A DNA stretch of 64,000 bases from Vicinamibacteria bacterium (GTDB lineage Bacteria > Acidobacteriota > Vicinamibacteria > Marinacidobacterales > Marinacidobacteraceae), in contig OY821641.1 in NCBI GenBank assembly GCA_963555995.3, forward strand, positions 1,280,001 through 1,344,000, written 5' to 3'. Below are positions 55,151 to 64,000 of this stretch, one piece after another. A program made the translations under genes and the position numbers. The notes beneath the pieces were generated by a model. It was given only the letters and a program-made list of their open reading frames with translations. It had not been told where the DNA came from and ran no database searches. Position 1 is the stretch's first letter; every line of letters starts with the position of its first letter.

Positions 55151-55729
55151 CTACCTCAGCGGGATGTCCGTGAACTCGTGCTCGTAGATCGCCTCGCGGA
55201 TCTCTTCGGGACTCGCGCCGTCGTCGTGCATTTCCTTGGCCAGGAGGACCTCCTGGAGACAGGTGCTTCAAGTGGCGGCGTGGTTGTCCACGTAGCAGTC
55301 GAGCAGGCTCCCGTGATCTTCGGACGCGCCGTGACAGCCGCACAGACACGGCAACTGGACGAGCACCTCGGGGATTTCCTTGGCGATGGCGTAGGTCGTC
55401 TGCAGCGTCTCGTTCTCGTAGGTGTTCGGCGGAAGCGTCACCGGGAAGGGACGCGCCTCCTCCACCGAGTCGTAGTAGGGGAACGGCTTGGCCGCCTGGT
55501 TTCCCAGGTCGTACGCGGCGGCGGACAGGTCCGAAGCCGGCTGCAGGCCGCTCTCCACCGTCGAGTCCTCGAAGGCGGCGACGAAGAAGACGGCGGCGCC
55601 CGCCACCAACAGGCCGATCGCGAGGACCGGTGCGGCGCCCCACCCCTTCCGGGTGGCGGCGGGCTTGGCGGTGGTCGCTGGAGCCGCGGGTTTCCCGGCT
55701 CGGGAAGGTGGTGTTCGGCGCTTCTTCAT
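55151..55729 (-). CDS. PCYCGC/CYCXC-family putative selenoprotein (192 aa, in-frame UGA at 55268-55270)
   Basis: LPCLCGC...HGSLLDCY..NHAAT-UGA-STCLQEVLLAKEMHDDGASPEEIREAIYEHEFTDIPLR-TAG; the UGA sits at the first Cys of the family's HxxxCxxC motif. Confidence 0.85.
55240..55256 (-). other. Candidate bacterial SECIS hairpin
   Basis: CCAGGAG-GUC-CUCCUGG perfect 7-bp stem starting 11 nt after the UGA. Confidence 0.7.
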
Positions 55730-55939
55730 AACGAGGCCATATCTTAACGGCCGGTGGCAAAACCCACGCGGCGTTCGACGGGCGATGCATCCCGCCGGAA
55801 CCGCGCCTCTGCGAGGCGCTCATCGTTGCGTTTCGGTCGGAATACACTCGGTATTCCGCCCTCACGCGCCTTGTCAGCCGGGCGCCTCACCCGTCTCGGC
55901 GCTCACGTGGGTTTCACCACCGGCCGTTAACCCCTCCCC

Positions 55940-58024
55940 ATGCCCCGCCGACTCTGGCTCTCCGGCGCCGCGGTCTTCCTCGCGGCGATGCTCCTGTTCG
56001 TGGTGCAGCCGCTCGCCGCGCGCAGCCTGCTCCCTTGGTACGGCGGGGCTCCGATGGTGTGGGCGGTCGCGCTCTTCTTCTTCCAGGCGGTGCTGCTCGG
56101 GGGATACCTCTACGCGCACCTGCTGGTGACGCGTCTTGCCCCGCGGGTCCAGTTGGCGGTCCACGGCGCTCTCCTCGCCCTCGCCGCGCTGGCCAGCCTG
56201 CCGCCGCTCCCCGCCTCCGGCTGGGCGCCGCGGGGCGGGGAAGCGCCCGCCGGGTGGATCCTCCTCACGCTCCTGGTCACGCTGGGACCCGCCTTCTTCG
56301 CGCTGGCGGCCACCACGCCGTTGGTGTCGGCCTGGGTGGCCCGCGCGCGACCTTCGGCGGCCGGCGACCCGGGAGCGACCGGCGTCTATCGGCTCTATGC
56401 CCTCTCGAACGCCGGTTCGCTGATCGGCCTCGCGCTCTATCCGCTGCTGCTCGAGCCCCTCCTCGGGCTGGGCGGCCAGGGACGGCTATGGGCGGCCGGG
56501 TTCGTGGCGTTCGCCGTGCTCACTTTCCTGGCGGGCGCCCTTTCCGTGCGGGTCTCCGCCGGGGGTGCGGACCGCGCCGCGCCGCCCGTCCGCGCCGGAC
56601 TCGGTGACTTCCACGGTTCGGCGTTCCTGCTGGCCGCGGTCGGCTCGCTGGCGCTGGTGGCGGTCACGACCCATCTCACCCGCGACGTGGCGGCGGTTCC
56701 GTTCCTGTGGATCGCGCCCCTCGCCCTCTACCTGCTCACGTTCATCCTCGCGTTCCGGGGCGGCGATCCGTATCCGAGGCGGCTCCTCGCGCCGCTGCTG
56801 CTCGTTTCGGTGGCGGCGTGCTTCTACGTCTGGTTCCAGGACATCACCTACGGCCTCGACCGCGCCCTGCTCGCCCACGCGGTGGCCGCGCTCGGGTTCC
56901 TGTTCACCGGCTGCTGGGTGATCCATGGGGAGATCGCCCGGCGGAAGCCCGCCCCGTCCCGTCTCACCGGCTTCTACCTGTCCATGACGGCGGGAGGCGC
57001 GCTCGGGGGGCTCCTCGCGTCCATCGGCAGTCCGCTGCTCTTTCCGAACGTCTGGGAGTACCCGCTCGCGCTGGTGCTCGCCGTGATGGTCGCCTTTCGC
57101 GTCGCCACGCCGCCCCGGGACGCCTTCCGGTCGCTCGCCCGGAAGGCCGTCCCCGCGGCCACCCTCGGGGTCGCCATCGCCATCAGTGCGCTCGAACACC
57201 GGCGCCCGCTGATCGCGACCCGGAACTTCTTCGGCGTCGTGCGCGTCATGGAGGCCTACCCGGGCACCCCGGACTGGCGTCGCGACATGTGGCACGGCGG
57301 GATCGCGCATGGCTCGCAGTGGTTCGCTCCCGGACGCCGCCGCGAGCCCACCCTCTACTACTACGAGGGGACGGGCATCGAGGCGGTGCTGAACCGCCAC
57401 CCCAACCGGCGGCTGGTACGGCCCCTCCGGGTCGCCGTCGTCGGGCTCGGGACCGGGTCCATCGTCGTCCACGGGCGGCGGGGGGACCTGTTCCGGTTCT
57501 ACGAGCTCGACCCCCAGGTGGCGCAGGCGGCGCGCGACTACTTCACCTTCCTCGCCGACGCGCCGGCGGAGGTGGAGGTCGTGCTCGGTGACGGCCGGCT
57601 GAGCCTGCTCCGGGAGGAAAGCGCCGGGGAGGAGAGCTTCGACGTGATCGTGCTCGACGCCTTCGCCGGCGACGCGATCCCGGTCCACCTGCTCACCGCC
57701 GAGGCGTTCGATCTCTACCGGAAGCGGCTGGCCCCGGGCGGCACGATCGCGGTCCACATCTCGAATCGCCACGTGGACCTCGCCCCGGTGATCCGCGCCC
57801 AGGGCCTCCGCCTCGACCTGCTGTCGCTGCTCACGGTGAGCGATCCGGACCCCGACCGCTTCCACTACACGGCGACCTGGGTGGTGCTCAGCCTGAACAC
57901 CGACCTCATCACCGACCCGAGCCTGCTTGGGAGGGCGGAGCCGTGGACGGGAGAAGCCGCCGATCCCGGCGACCGGTTCCTGTGGACCGACGACCACTCC
58001 AACCTGCTGGACGTGCTGCGCTGA
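55940..58024 (+). CDS. Fused membrane domain / spermidine synthase-like methyltransferase
   Basis: LLFVVQP, YALSNAGS, GLGTG, YELDP, GDGR, VLDAF..DAIPVHLLT, WTDDHSNL. Confidence 0.9.
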   Translation: MPRRLWLSGAAVFLAAMLLFVVQPLAARSLLPWYGGAPMVWAVALFFFQAVLLGGYLYAHLLVTRLAPRVQLAVHGALLALAALASLPPLPASGWAPRGGEAPAGWILLTLLVTLGPAFFALAATTPLVSAWVARARPSAAGDPGATGVYRLYALSNAGSLIGLALYPLLLEPLLGLGGQGRLWAAGFVAFAVLTFLAGALSVRVSAGGADRAAPPVRAGLGDFHGSAFLLAAVGSLALVAVTTHLTRDVAAVPFLWIAPLALYLLTFILAFRGGDPYPRRLLAPLLLVSVAACFYVWFQDITYGLDRALLAHAVAALGFLFTGCWVIHGEIARRKPAPSRLTGFYLSMTAGGALGGLLASIGSPLLFPNVWEYPLALVLAVMVAFRVATPPRDAFRSLARKAVPAATLGVAIAISALEHRRPLIATRNFFGVVRVMEAYPGTPDWRRDMWHGGIAHGSQWFAPGRRREPTLYYYEGTGIEAVLNRHPNRRLVRPLRVAVVGLGTGSIVVHGRRGDLFRFYELDPQVAQAARDYFTFLADAPAEVEVVLGDGRLSLLREESAGEESFDVIVLDAFAGDAIPVHLLTAEAFDLYRKRLAPGGTIAVHISNRHVDLAPVIRAQGLRLDLLSLLTVSDPDPDRFHYTATWVVLSLNTDLITDPSLLGRAEPWTGEAADPGDRFLWTDDHSNLLDVLR

Positions 58025-58104
58025 CCGACGGAACCCTCGACCTGCCGACAACGTTGGCCAAAACGCTTACGATTCCCGGTTCTCAAGATCATGGGAGGTT
58101 CCCG

Positions 58105-60177
58105 ATGACCCGAATGAGCCCTCGTTGCGCGCGCGCGAAACGCCCGTTCCGGATCGCCGGAATTCTGGCGGCCGCGTTGCTGTTCACCGTGCCGCTCGCG
58201 GCCCAGAACCGCGACATGCCGGAAGGCGAATGGCGCTACCAGAGCGGGGACGCCTGGGGCACCCGCTCCTCGCCGCTCAACGACGTCAACGCGGACAACT
58301 TCGGCGACCTGGAGGTCGCCTGGATGTGGCGGGGCGACAACTACGGGCCGAAACCGAGCTACCTCTCGAAGTCCACCCCGAGCTACATCAACGGCAGGCT
58401 CTACACGGTAGTGGGTTACCGCCGGTCGGTGGTGTCCATGGACCCCGCCACGGGGGAGACGCTTTGGACCTACGCGGAGCCGGACACGCGGCGTTTCGAG
58501 GAATCCATGCGCTCGAGCTACGGCAAGGGCGTCGCCTACGCCGAGATTGACGGACGGCTGGTCATCTACGTGGTCTCCCCGGCGTTCTTCCTGCACGCGT
58601 TCGACGGCGAGACCGGGGAGCACATCGAGGGCTTCGGCGCGCCGGTGGACATCCCCGGTTTCCCGAAGACCGGCGTCGTGGACCTCCTCGCCCACTTCGG
58701 CTACAACTACGACCCCTACGAGGGGCTGGCTCCCACCGTGGGGTACATCACGAACTCCTCGCCCCCGATCGTGGTGAACGGGACCATCGTGGTGGGGAAC
58801 TCCGCCGCGCAGGGATACCACCAGACCCGCATCGAGAACGTTCCCGGCGACATCCTGGCGTTCGACGCGCGCACCGGCGACTTCAAGTGGAAGTTCAACG
58901 TGACCCCGCGCTCCGAGGACGACTTCGCCGCCAGCACCTGGGAGAACGACGCCTGGAAGTGGACCGGCGACGTCTCCTCGTGGGCGCCGCTGTCGGCCGA
59001 CCTCGAGCGGGACATCGTGTACATCCCCACCAACGCGCCGACGATTGACTTCTACGGCGGGTTCCGGCCGGGAGACAACCTGTTCGGGACCAGCGTGATC
59101 GCGCTCAACGCCCAGACCGGCGAGCGGGTCTGGCACTTCCAGACCACCCACCACCCGATCTGGAACCACGACCTCCCGAACGTCCCGATCCTGGTGGACG
59201 TGGAGGTGGACGGCGAGAAGGTGCCGATGGCCATCCAGACCACCAAGCAGGGCTACACCTTCGCGTTCAACCGGGAGACCGGCGAGCCGGTGTGGCCCAT
59301 CGAGGAGGTCGAGGTCCCGCAGTCCATCGTCCCCGGCGAGAAGCTGTCGCCCACCCAGCCGGTCCCGACGAGGCCCGCGCCGGTCGAGATGCTCGACCTC
59401 AGCGAGGACAACCTGATTGATTACACCCCGGAACTCAGGCAGAAGGCCATCGAGATCGTCTCCGAATACACGGTGGGCGGCCCCTACATGCCTCCGATCC
59501 CCAGGGGATACGACGAGAACAAGGGGTGGATCGCCTGCGGCGTCCACTCCGCGGTCAACATCACCCACCCGGCGGCCCTCGACCCCGGGACCGGGATCCT
59601 CTACCAGTCTTCGGGTCCGAACTGCTCGGGCCGCATCGTGCAGCCGGGGGTGGACGCCGACCAGCCCGAGCACGACTGCACCTCGCCGCGCGGCAAGTGC
59701 GTCACCATCGGCGAGACCGTCGCCGACTGGGTCAACTACCGGGCGATCGGAATCCCCGGCCCGGACGGGCTGCCCATCTACAAGCCGCCCTACAGCCGGG
59801 TGACCGCGATCGACATGAACACCGGGGAGCACCTGTGGTGGGTTCCCATCGGCGAGCCTAACGACCGGATCAAGAACCATCCGGCCCTCGAGGGCGTGGA
59901 CCTGTCGAACGTCGGCGGCCAGGGACGGGCGATCCTGATGGTGAGCGGCGACCTCCTCCTCACCACCGAGGGGATGGCCGGTCCGCCGGTCCTGAACGCC
60001 CACGACAAGCTGACCGGCGAGAAGGTCGGCAGCATCCCGCTTCCGGCGATCGGGATGTACGGCATGATGACCTACCGGCACGAGGGACGGCAGTACATCC
60101 TGGTCCAGACGGGCCAGCGGGGCCGGGTGCCGGAGTCCTACGTGGCGCTCGCGCTGCCGGAGGCGGACGGAAACTGA
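58105..60177 (+). CDS. PQQ-binding beta-propeller dehydrogenase-like secreted protein
   Basis: Signal peptide; repeated TGE.LW motifs; GDNLF..SVIAL, WHFQ..HH..W..DLP, KPPYSRVTAIDMNTGE. Confidence 0.88.
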   Translation: MTRMSPRCARAKRPFRIAGILAAALLFTVPLAAQNRDMPEGEWRYQSGDAWGTRSSPLNDVNADNFGDLEVAWMWRGDNYGPKPSYLSKSTPSYINGRLYTVVGYRRSVVSMDPATGETLWTYAEPDTRRFEESMRSSYGKGVAYAEIDGRLVIYVVSPAFFLHAFDGETGEHIEGFGAPVDIPGFPKTGVVDLLAHFGYNYDPYEGLAPTVGYITNSSPPIVVNGTIVVGNSAAQGYHQTRIENVPGDILAFDARTGDFKWKFNVTPRSEDDFAASTWENDAWKWTGDVSSWAPLSADLERDIVYIPTNAPTIDFYGGFRPGDNLFGTSVIALNAQTGERVWHFQTTHHPIWNHDLPNVPILVDVEVDGEKVPMAIQTTKQGYTFAFNRETGEPVWPIEEVEVPQSIVPGEKLSPTQPVPTRPAPVEMLDLSEDNLIDYTPELRQKAIEIVSEYTVGGPYMPPIPRGYDENKGWIACGVHSAVNITHPAALDPGTGILYQSSGPNCSGRIVQPGVDADQPEHDCTSPRGKCVTIGETVADWVNYRAIGIPGPDGLPIYKPPYSRVTAIDMNTGEHLWWVPIGEPNDRIKNHPALEGVDLSNVGGQGRAILMVSGDLLLTTEGMAGPPVLNAHDKLTGEKVGSIPLPAIGMYGMMTYRHEGRQYILVQTGQRGRVPESYVALALPEADGN

Positions 60178-60191
60178 CCCTTCGCGGCGAA

Positions 60192-60220
60192 CCGGGAGCG
60201 GACGCGCCTGCCGCTCCCGG
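60192..60220 (+). terminator. Hairpin after the PQQ gene
   Basis: CCGGGAGCGG-N9-CCGCTCCCGG; no U-tract. Confidence 0.4.
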
Positions 60221-60238
60221 GACCACCCTCGCCGGAAC

Positions 60239-61159
60239 GTGAAGTCCGCGACGGATTCCCGCCACGCCGGGGCTCCGCCGCCTCCGGCCGCCGTCATCAA
60301 GGCCCGGCTGGACGACGAGGTCGTGGTCCCGGTGCGCCGCTACGGCAATCCGCACGGCCCGCGCCTGATGATCAGCCACGGCAACGGGCTCGCGGTGGAC
60401 CTCTACTCCCCGTTCTGGTCGCTGCTGCTCGACGACTTCGATCTCGTCCTCTTCGATCTCCGGAATCACGGGGCGAACCCGCCGGGAACGCTGGCGCGGC
60501 ACACCGTCCCCAACTTCGTCCGGGACCTGGAAGCGGTGGGCCGTGCGGTGGACCGGGAGTTCGGGGTGCGTCCCCGCGCGGGGGTGTACCACTCCGCGTC
60601 GAGCCTCGCCTGCCTCCTCTCGCCATCGGTCAGCGCTTCCTACGCCGCCCTGATCCTCTTCGACCCACCGCTGTTCCCGCCCGGCGCCCGCCAGCGCGCC
60701 TTCGAAGCGGCCTGCCGGCAGGCGGCGCAGCGGACCCGCATCCGCGCGTTCCGGTTCCGCAGCGAGGCCGAATTCGCCGAACTGATGGAGGCCCAGCCCG
60801 CCTTCGATCGCACCGTCCCGGGGGCGGTGCGCCGGATGGCCCGGACCACGCTGCGCCGCGCCCCGCACGGCGGGTTCGAGCTCCGCTGTCCCCGCGAGTA
60901 CGAAGCGAAGATCATGGCCTCGCTGGCCGGCTTCGCCCGGATGGTGGACCTCGATTCCCTCGGGCTGCCGATCAAGGTGATCGGGGCCGACCCGGCGCTC
61001 CGGCATTACTTCCTGCCTCCCTGCGACCTGAGCCACGCCGCCGCGGTGGACTACGAGGTGCTGCCCGGGACGACGCACCTGGCGCAGCTCGAACAGCCGC
61101 AGCGGTGCGCGGCGCTGACCGTGGACTTCCTGCGGAAGAACGGGCTCAGTTCACGCTGA
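60239..61159 (+). CDS. Alpha/beta hydrolase with atypical nucleophile elbow
   Basis: SHGNG, FDLRNHG, YHSAS in place of GxSxG, LILFDPP, GTTHLAQLEQP. Confidence 0.82.
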   Translation: MKSATDSRHAGAPPPPAAVIKARLDDEVVVPVRRYGNPHGPRLMISHGNGLAVDLYSPFWSLLLDDFDLVLFDLRNHGANPPGTLARHTVPNFVRDLEAVGRAVDREFGVRPRAGVYHSASSLACLLSPSVSASYAALILFDPPLFPPGARQRAFEAACRQAAQRTRIRAFRFRSEAEFAELMEAQPAFDRTVPGAVRRMARTTLRRAPHGGFELRCPREYEAKIMASLAGFARMVDLDSLGLPIKVIGADPALRHYFLPPCDLSHAAAVDYEVLPGTTHLAQLEQPQRCAALTVDFLRKNGLSSR

Positions 61160-61886
61160 CCGCGCCGCCGGCGGCGGATTCGTCCGCCTCCAGCCGGAAG
61201 GCGAGCGCGGCGGCGAACCGCGGTTCGCCGAGGTCCTCCAGCCAGTAGCGCTCGGCGGGCAGGTGCGGAAAGCGGAAGACCGCGGCGGGCTCGCCGCCGA
61301 GCATCGCCGGCGGAATCTCGAACCGCGACGGATTCAGGGTGAACCCGGTGCCGAGCGCCTTGATGAGGGCTTCCTTCAGGCTCCAGAGGCGGTAGAAGAG
61401 GTCCGCCTTGCCCGGCCCGGCGGCGGCGCTCAGGGCGCGCCGCTCCGCCGGACCGTACACGTTGCTGCCGATGCCGTCGAAGTCCCGCTCGGGCGCGCGT
61501 TCCTCCAGATCCACCCCCAGCCCATCGTGCGTCGAGAACGCGATCAGGCCGTGGCTGCCGCTGTGGCTGATGTTGAAGCTCACCGGGGAGCGGGCGCCGT
61601 TCACCCGCGCGAAGGGCTTGCCGTGTTCGAGATACCCGAACGAGAGCTCCTCGTTGGAGCAGCCGAGTCGCTCGCAGAGGTTGATCCGCAGCGCGGCCCG
61701 GCAGAGCGCGAACTGCCGCAGCGCCCGTCGCACCAGGAAGCGGTCGGCGCGCCGGCGCTCCTCGTCGTCGAGGAGCGCGAGCGCCCGCGCTTCGGCGTCG
61801 GCGTTGGGCCGGATGTCGACCCGCAGGATGCGCGTGTCCCCGGCGTCGCGCCAAGGGCCCCACCACGGGTCCCCGCCGGTGGTCAT
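61146..61886 (-). CDS. Sfp-type 4'-phosphopantetheinyl transferase
   Basis: HGKP, FNISHSG, LGVDLE, WSLKEALIKALGTG; ATGA overlap with the upstream gene. Confidence 0.93.
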   Translation of the reverse strand: MTTGGDPWWGPWRDAGDTRILRVDIRPNADAEARALALLDDEERRRADRFLVRRALRQFALCRAALRINLCERLGCSNEELSFGYLEHGKPFARVNGARSPVSFNISHSGSHGLIAFSTHDGLGVDLEERAPERDFDGIGSNVYGPAERRALSAAAGPGKADLFYRLWSLKEALIKALGTGFTLNPSRFEIPPAMLGGEPAAVFRFPHLPAERYWLEDLGEPRFAAALAFRLEADESAAGGAVSVN

Positions 61887-62707
61887 CGCCGGGGCGCCAG
61901 CGCCACCTCGCGCAGGTAGGCGCCGATTCCGCGCGACCGGTCCCACTGGCGCGGATACCCCAGGGAAACCTCCTGGAAGGGCACCCCGTCGAGGAACTCG
62001 GTCTTGCGGATGTGCAGGTGCCCGTACACCACCGCGGCGGCGTTGAAGCGCCGGTGCCAGCCGCGCGTCCGCCGGGTGCCGCACCACGGCGTGAAGCGCG
62101 GCGCCAGCGGCAGCACCGCGTGTTCCTCCTCGAGCGGGAAGTGGTTGATGAGGACCTTGGGGATGTCCGGCGGGCACGACGCGAGCCGGGCGGCGGCGTC
62201 TTCGCAGCGCGCCGCGCACCAGGATTCCCGGTCCGGGAACGGGTCCGGGTGCAGCACGAACTCGTCGGTGCAGACGTGGCCCGTCTCGCGGGCCCAGCGG
62301 ACCACCTCGTGGCGCCCGACGTGGGCGGGCCGGAAGCTGTAGTCGTAGAGCAGGAACAGCGGCGCAAGGAGGATCCGGCCCTGGTCGTGATCCACCACCG
62401 GGTAGGGATCCTCCGGGGTCAGGACGCCGTGCTCCCGGGCGATGGCGACCAGGCGCCGGTAGAGCGCGGCGCCCCGCAGCGGCGGCTCCTGGTCCGGGAT
62501 CGTCCAGAGTTCGTGGTTCCCGGGGGTCCACACCACCTGGCGGAACTTCGGGGTCAACTGCCGGAAGACCCAGTCGAGCCGCCGGGCGCCGTCGGTGATG
62601 TCCCCCGCCAGGATCAGCCAGTCGTCGGGACGTGACGGGAAGTCCGCCAACGCTTCCCGGTTCGCGGCATGGGCGACATGCACGTCCGCCAACGCCCACA
62701 AACGCAC
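61883..62707 (-). CDS. Calcineurin-like metallophosphoesterase resembling mycobacterial PptH
   Basis: LWALADVH, DDWLILAGD, PGNHELWT, TPEDPYP, FLLYDYSF, NHFPL, WCGT, VYGHLHI, EVSLGYPRQW. Confidence 0.88.
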   Translation of the reverse strand: MRLWALADVHVAHAANREALADFPSRPDDWLILAGDITDGARRLDWVFRQLTPKFRQVVWTPGNHELWTIPDQEPPLRGAALYRRLVAIAREHGVLTPEDPYPVVDHDQGRILLAPLFLLYDYSFRPAHVGRHEVVRWARETGHVCTDEFVLHPDPFPDRESWCAARCEDAAARLASCPPDIPKVLINHFPLEEEHAVLPLAPRFTPWCGTRRTRGWHRRFNAAAVVYGHLHIRKTEFLDGVPFQEVSLGYPRQWDRSRGIGAYLREVALAPRR

Positions 62708-62906
62708 TGCCAGCTACCTTCCGGGACAGGGCGGGGAACAGATGGGCACGGGGCGCGGGGATTCTAGGCCGCGCCGGTCCGAGCGACCCGTTCCGCCCGC
62801 GCGCCGGCGTGAAGGCGGCACCGCTTCGCCGTACACTCCGTCCCACGATGTGGGGATACTTGGCAGCCGCCGACTCGCCGGCGCGACGGGAGGGATCCCG
62901 CCGGTG

Positions 62907-64000
62907 ATGCGGCGTTTCCTGTTCGTTCCCATCCTGTTGGCGGGGTTCGCCGTTGTCGCGCTCCTGGTGGCCCTGGGCCCGGAACCCGAGGCCGAGGAGG
63001 CCGTGGTGTCGCTTCCGGAGGTTCGGGTGGAGACGGTGCGCCTGGGGACGGAGCGGGTCGTGATCTCCGCCGACGGGACGGCCAGGCCCACCCGGCGAAC
63101 CACCGTCGCCGCGCGGACCGCCGGGGAGGTGATCTGGGTGGCGGACGGGCTGGAGGCGGGAGACCGGGTGGCGGAAGACGCACCCCTCTTCCGCCTGCGG
63201 CCCGGCGCCTACGAAGAGGCGTTGGCCGCGGCGCGGAGCCGCCTGGCCGAAGCCGAACTCCGGGTGCTCACGGAAGAAGCCGCCGCCGAACTGGCCCGCG
63301 CCGAATGGGAGCAGGCCGAGGCCGAGCCCGATCGGCTGGCGCTGCGGGCACCGCAACTGGCGGCGGCGGTTGAGGCCGCGGCGGCCGCGCGCGCCGCCGT
63401 GCAGCGTGCGGAGGAGGACCGGTCCAACACCGAGATCCGGGCGCCGCACGCGGGCCTGATCGCCTCCCGGAGCGCCGAGACCGGCGAATGGGTCACGCCG
63501 GGAACTCCGCTCCTGGAACTGCTTTCCGTGGACGTCGCGGAGGTGCGCGTCTCGCTGCCCGACGCGGCGCTGGCGCTCGTGGATCTGCCGTTCGGGGGGA
63601 GGGCCGAGCGGGGACCGGCGGCCCGCGTGACCGCGACCCTGGGGCCCCCAACCGCAGCCGTCCGTTGGACCTGGGAGGGACGGCTCACACGGATGGAGGG
63701 GGAAATGGACCCGGCGACCCGGTTCTTTCCGGCGGTGATCGAGGTGCCCGATCCGTACCGGAAAACCGCCGACGGCCGGCCGCCGCTGGTGTCCGGCATG
63801 TTCGTGCGGGCGGAAATCGAGGGAAGGGAATTCCCGGACATCGCGGTGGTCCCGCGGAGCGCCTTCCGCGCCGACGGGACAGTGCTCCTCGTGGACGGGG
63901 ACGACCGGGTCCACGTCCGGGAGGTGGATGCGTTCTGGCCGGCCGGGGAAGGAGCGCTCCTCGTCCGGTCGGGGCTCCGGGACGGGGACCGGCTCGTTAC
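62907..64000 (+). CDS. RND efflux periplasmic adaptor subunit (runs off the window end)
   Basis: Manual translation MRRFLFVPILL...VAARTAGEV...EIRAPHAGLI...GMFVRAEI...VVPRSA. Confidence 0.85.
   Translation, partial: MRRFLFVPILLAGFAVVALLVALGPEPEAEEAVVSLPEVRVETVRLGTERVVISADGTARPTRRTTVAARTAGEVIWVADGLEAGDRVAEDAPLFRLRPGAYEEALAAARSRLAEAELRVLTEEAAAELARAEWEQAEAEPDRLALRAPQLAAAVEAAAAARAAVQRAEEDRSNTEIRAPHAGLIASRSAETGEWVTPGTPLLELLSVDVAEVRVSLPDAALALVDLPFGGRAERGPAARVTATLGPPTAAVRWTWEGRLTRMEGEMDPATRFFPAVIEVPDPYRKTADGRPPLVSGMFVRAEIEGREFPDIAVVPRSAFRADGTVLLVDGDDRVHVREVDAFWPAGEGALLVRSGLRDGDRLV

Noticed and set aside
55268-55729. Truncated 153-aa protein or pseudogene
   Set aside because: Intact downstream frame, UxxC context and the hairpin favour Sec readthrough

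Overview
GC-rich (about 70% by eye) bacterial chromosome segment. The gene mix (TolB-amidohydrolase, FG-GAP/ASPIC plus multiheme-TPR proteins, PQQ beta-propeller, DUF2911-like) suggests Acidobacteriota or a similar lineage; this is inference only. It carries about 57 CDS, mostly housekeeping or catabolic: groES/groEL, ilvD, panE, ddl, rnhB, UDG, methylmalonyl-CoA mutase, peptidases, transporters and a sulfite oxidase-family/cytochrome c pair. Small accessory islets are interspersed. Highlights: (1) a hidden selenoprotein candidate (PCxCGC family, in-frame UGA giving UxxC, SECIS-like hairpin 11 nt downstream) that the ORF track truncates; (2) an integrase-less NYN-nuclease islet bracketed by a diverged duplicate of the 3' end of a prolyl oligopeptidase gene; (3) a lower-GC defence-like islet (DUF6036-like nucleotidyltransferase pair, PD-(D/E)XK nuclease, unknown ORF); (4) a RelE toxin with a CTG start that is absent from the ORF track, plus two orphan antitoxins; (5) a dispersed REP/REPIN-like palindrome family with compensatory changes, one copy inside a coding region; (6) an AT-rich 90-bp tandem duplication upstream of a Fic gene; (7) a PptH/PPTase-like pair; (8) an archaeal-like RNase HII; (9) a flavoprotein-TVP38-multiheme-FG-GAP operon. 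No rRNA, tRNA, CRISPR array, transposase or integrase was recognised. All calls come from reading the sequence by eye; no database searches were run.
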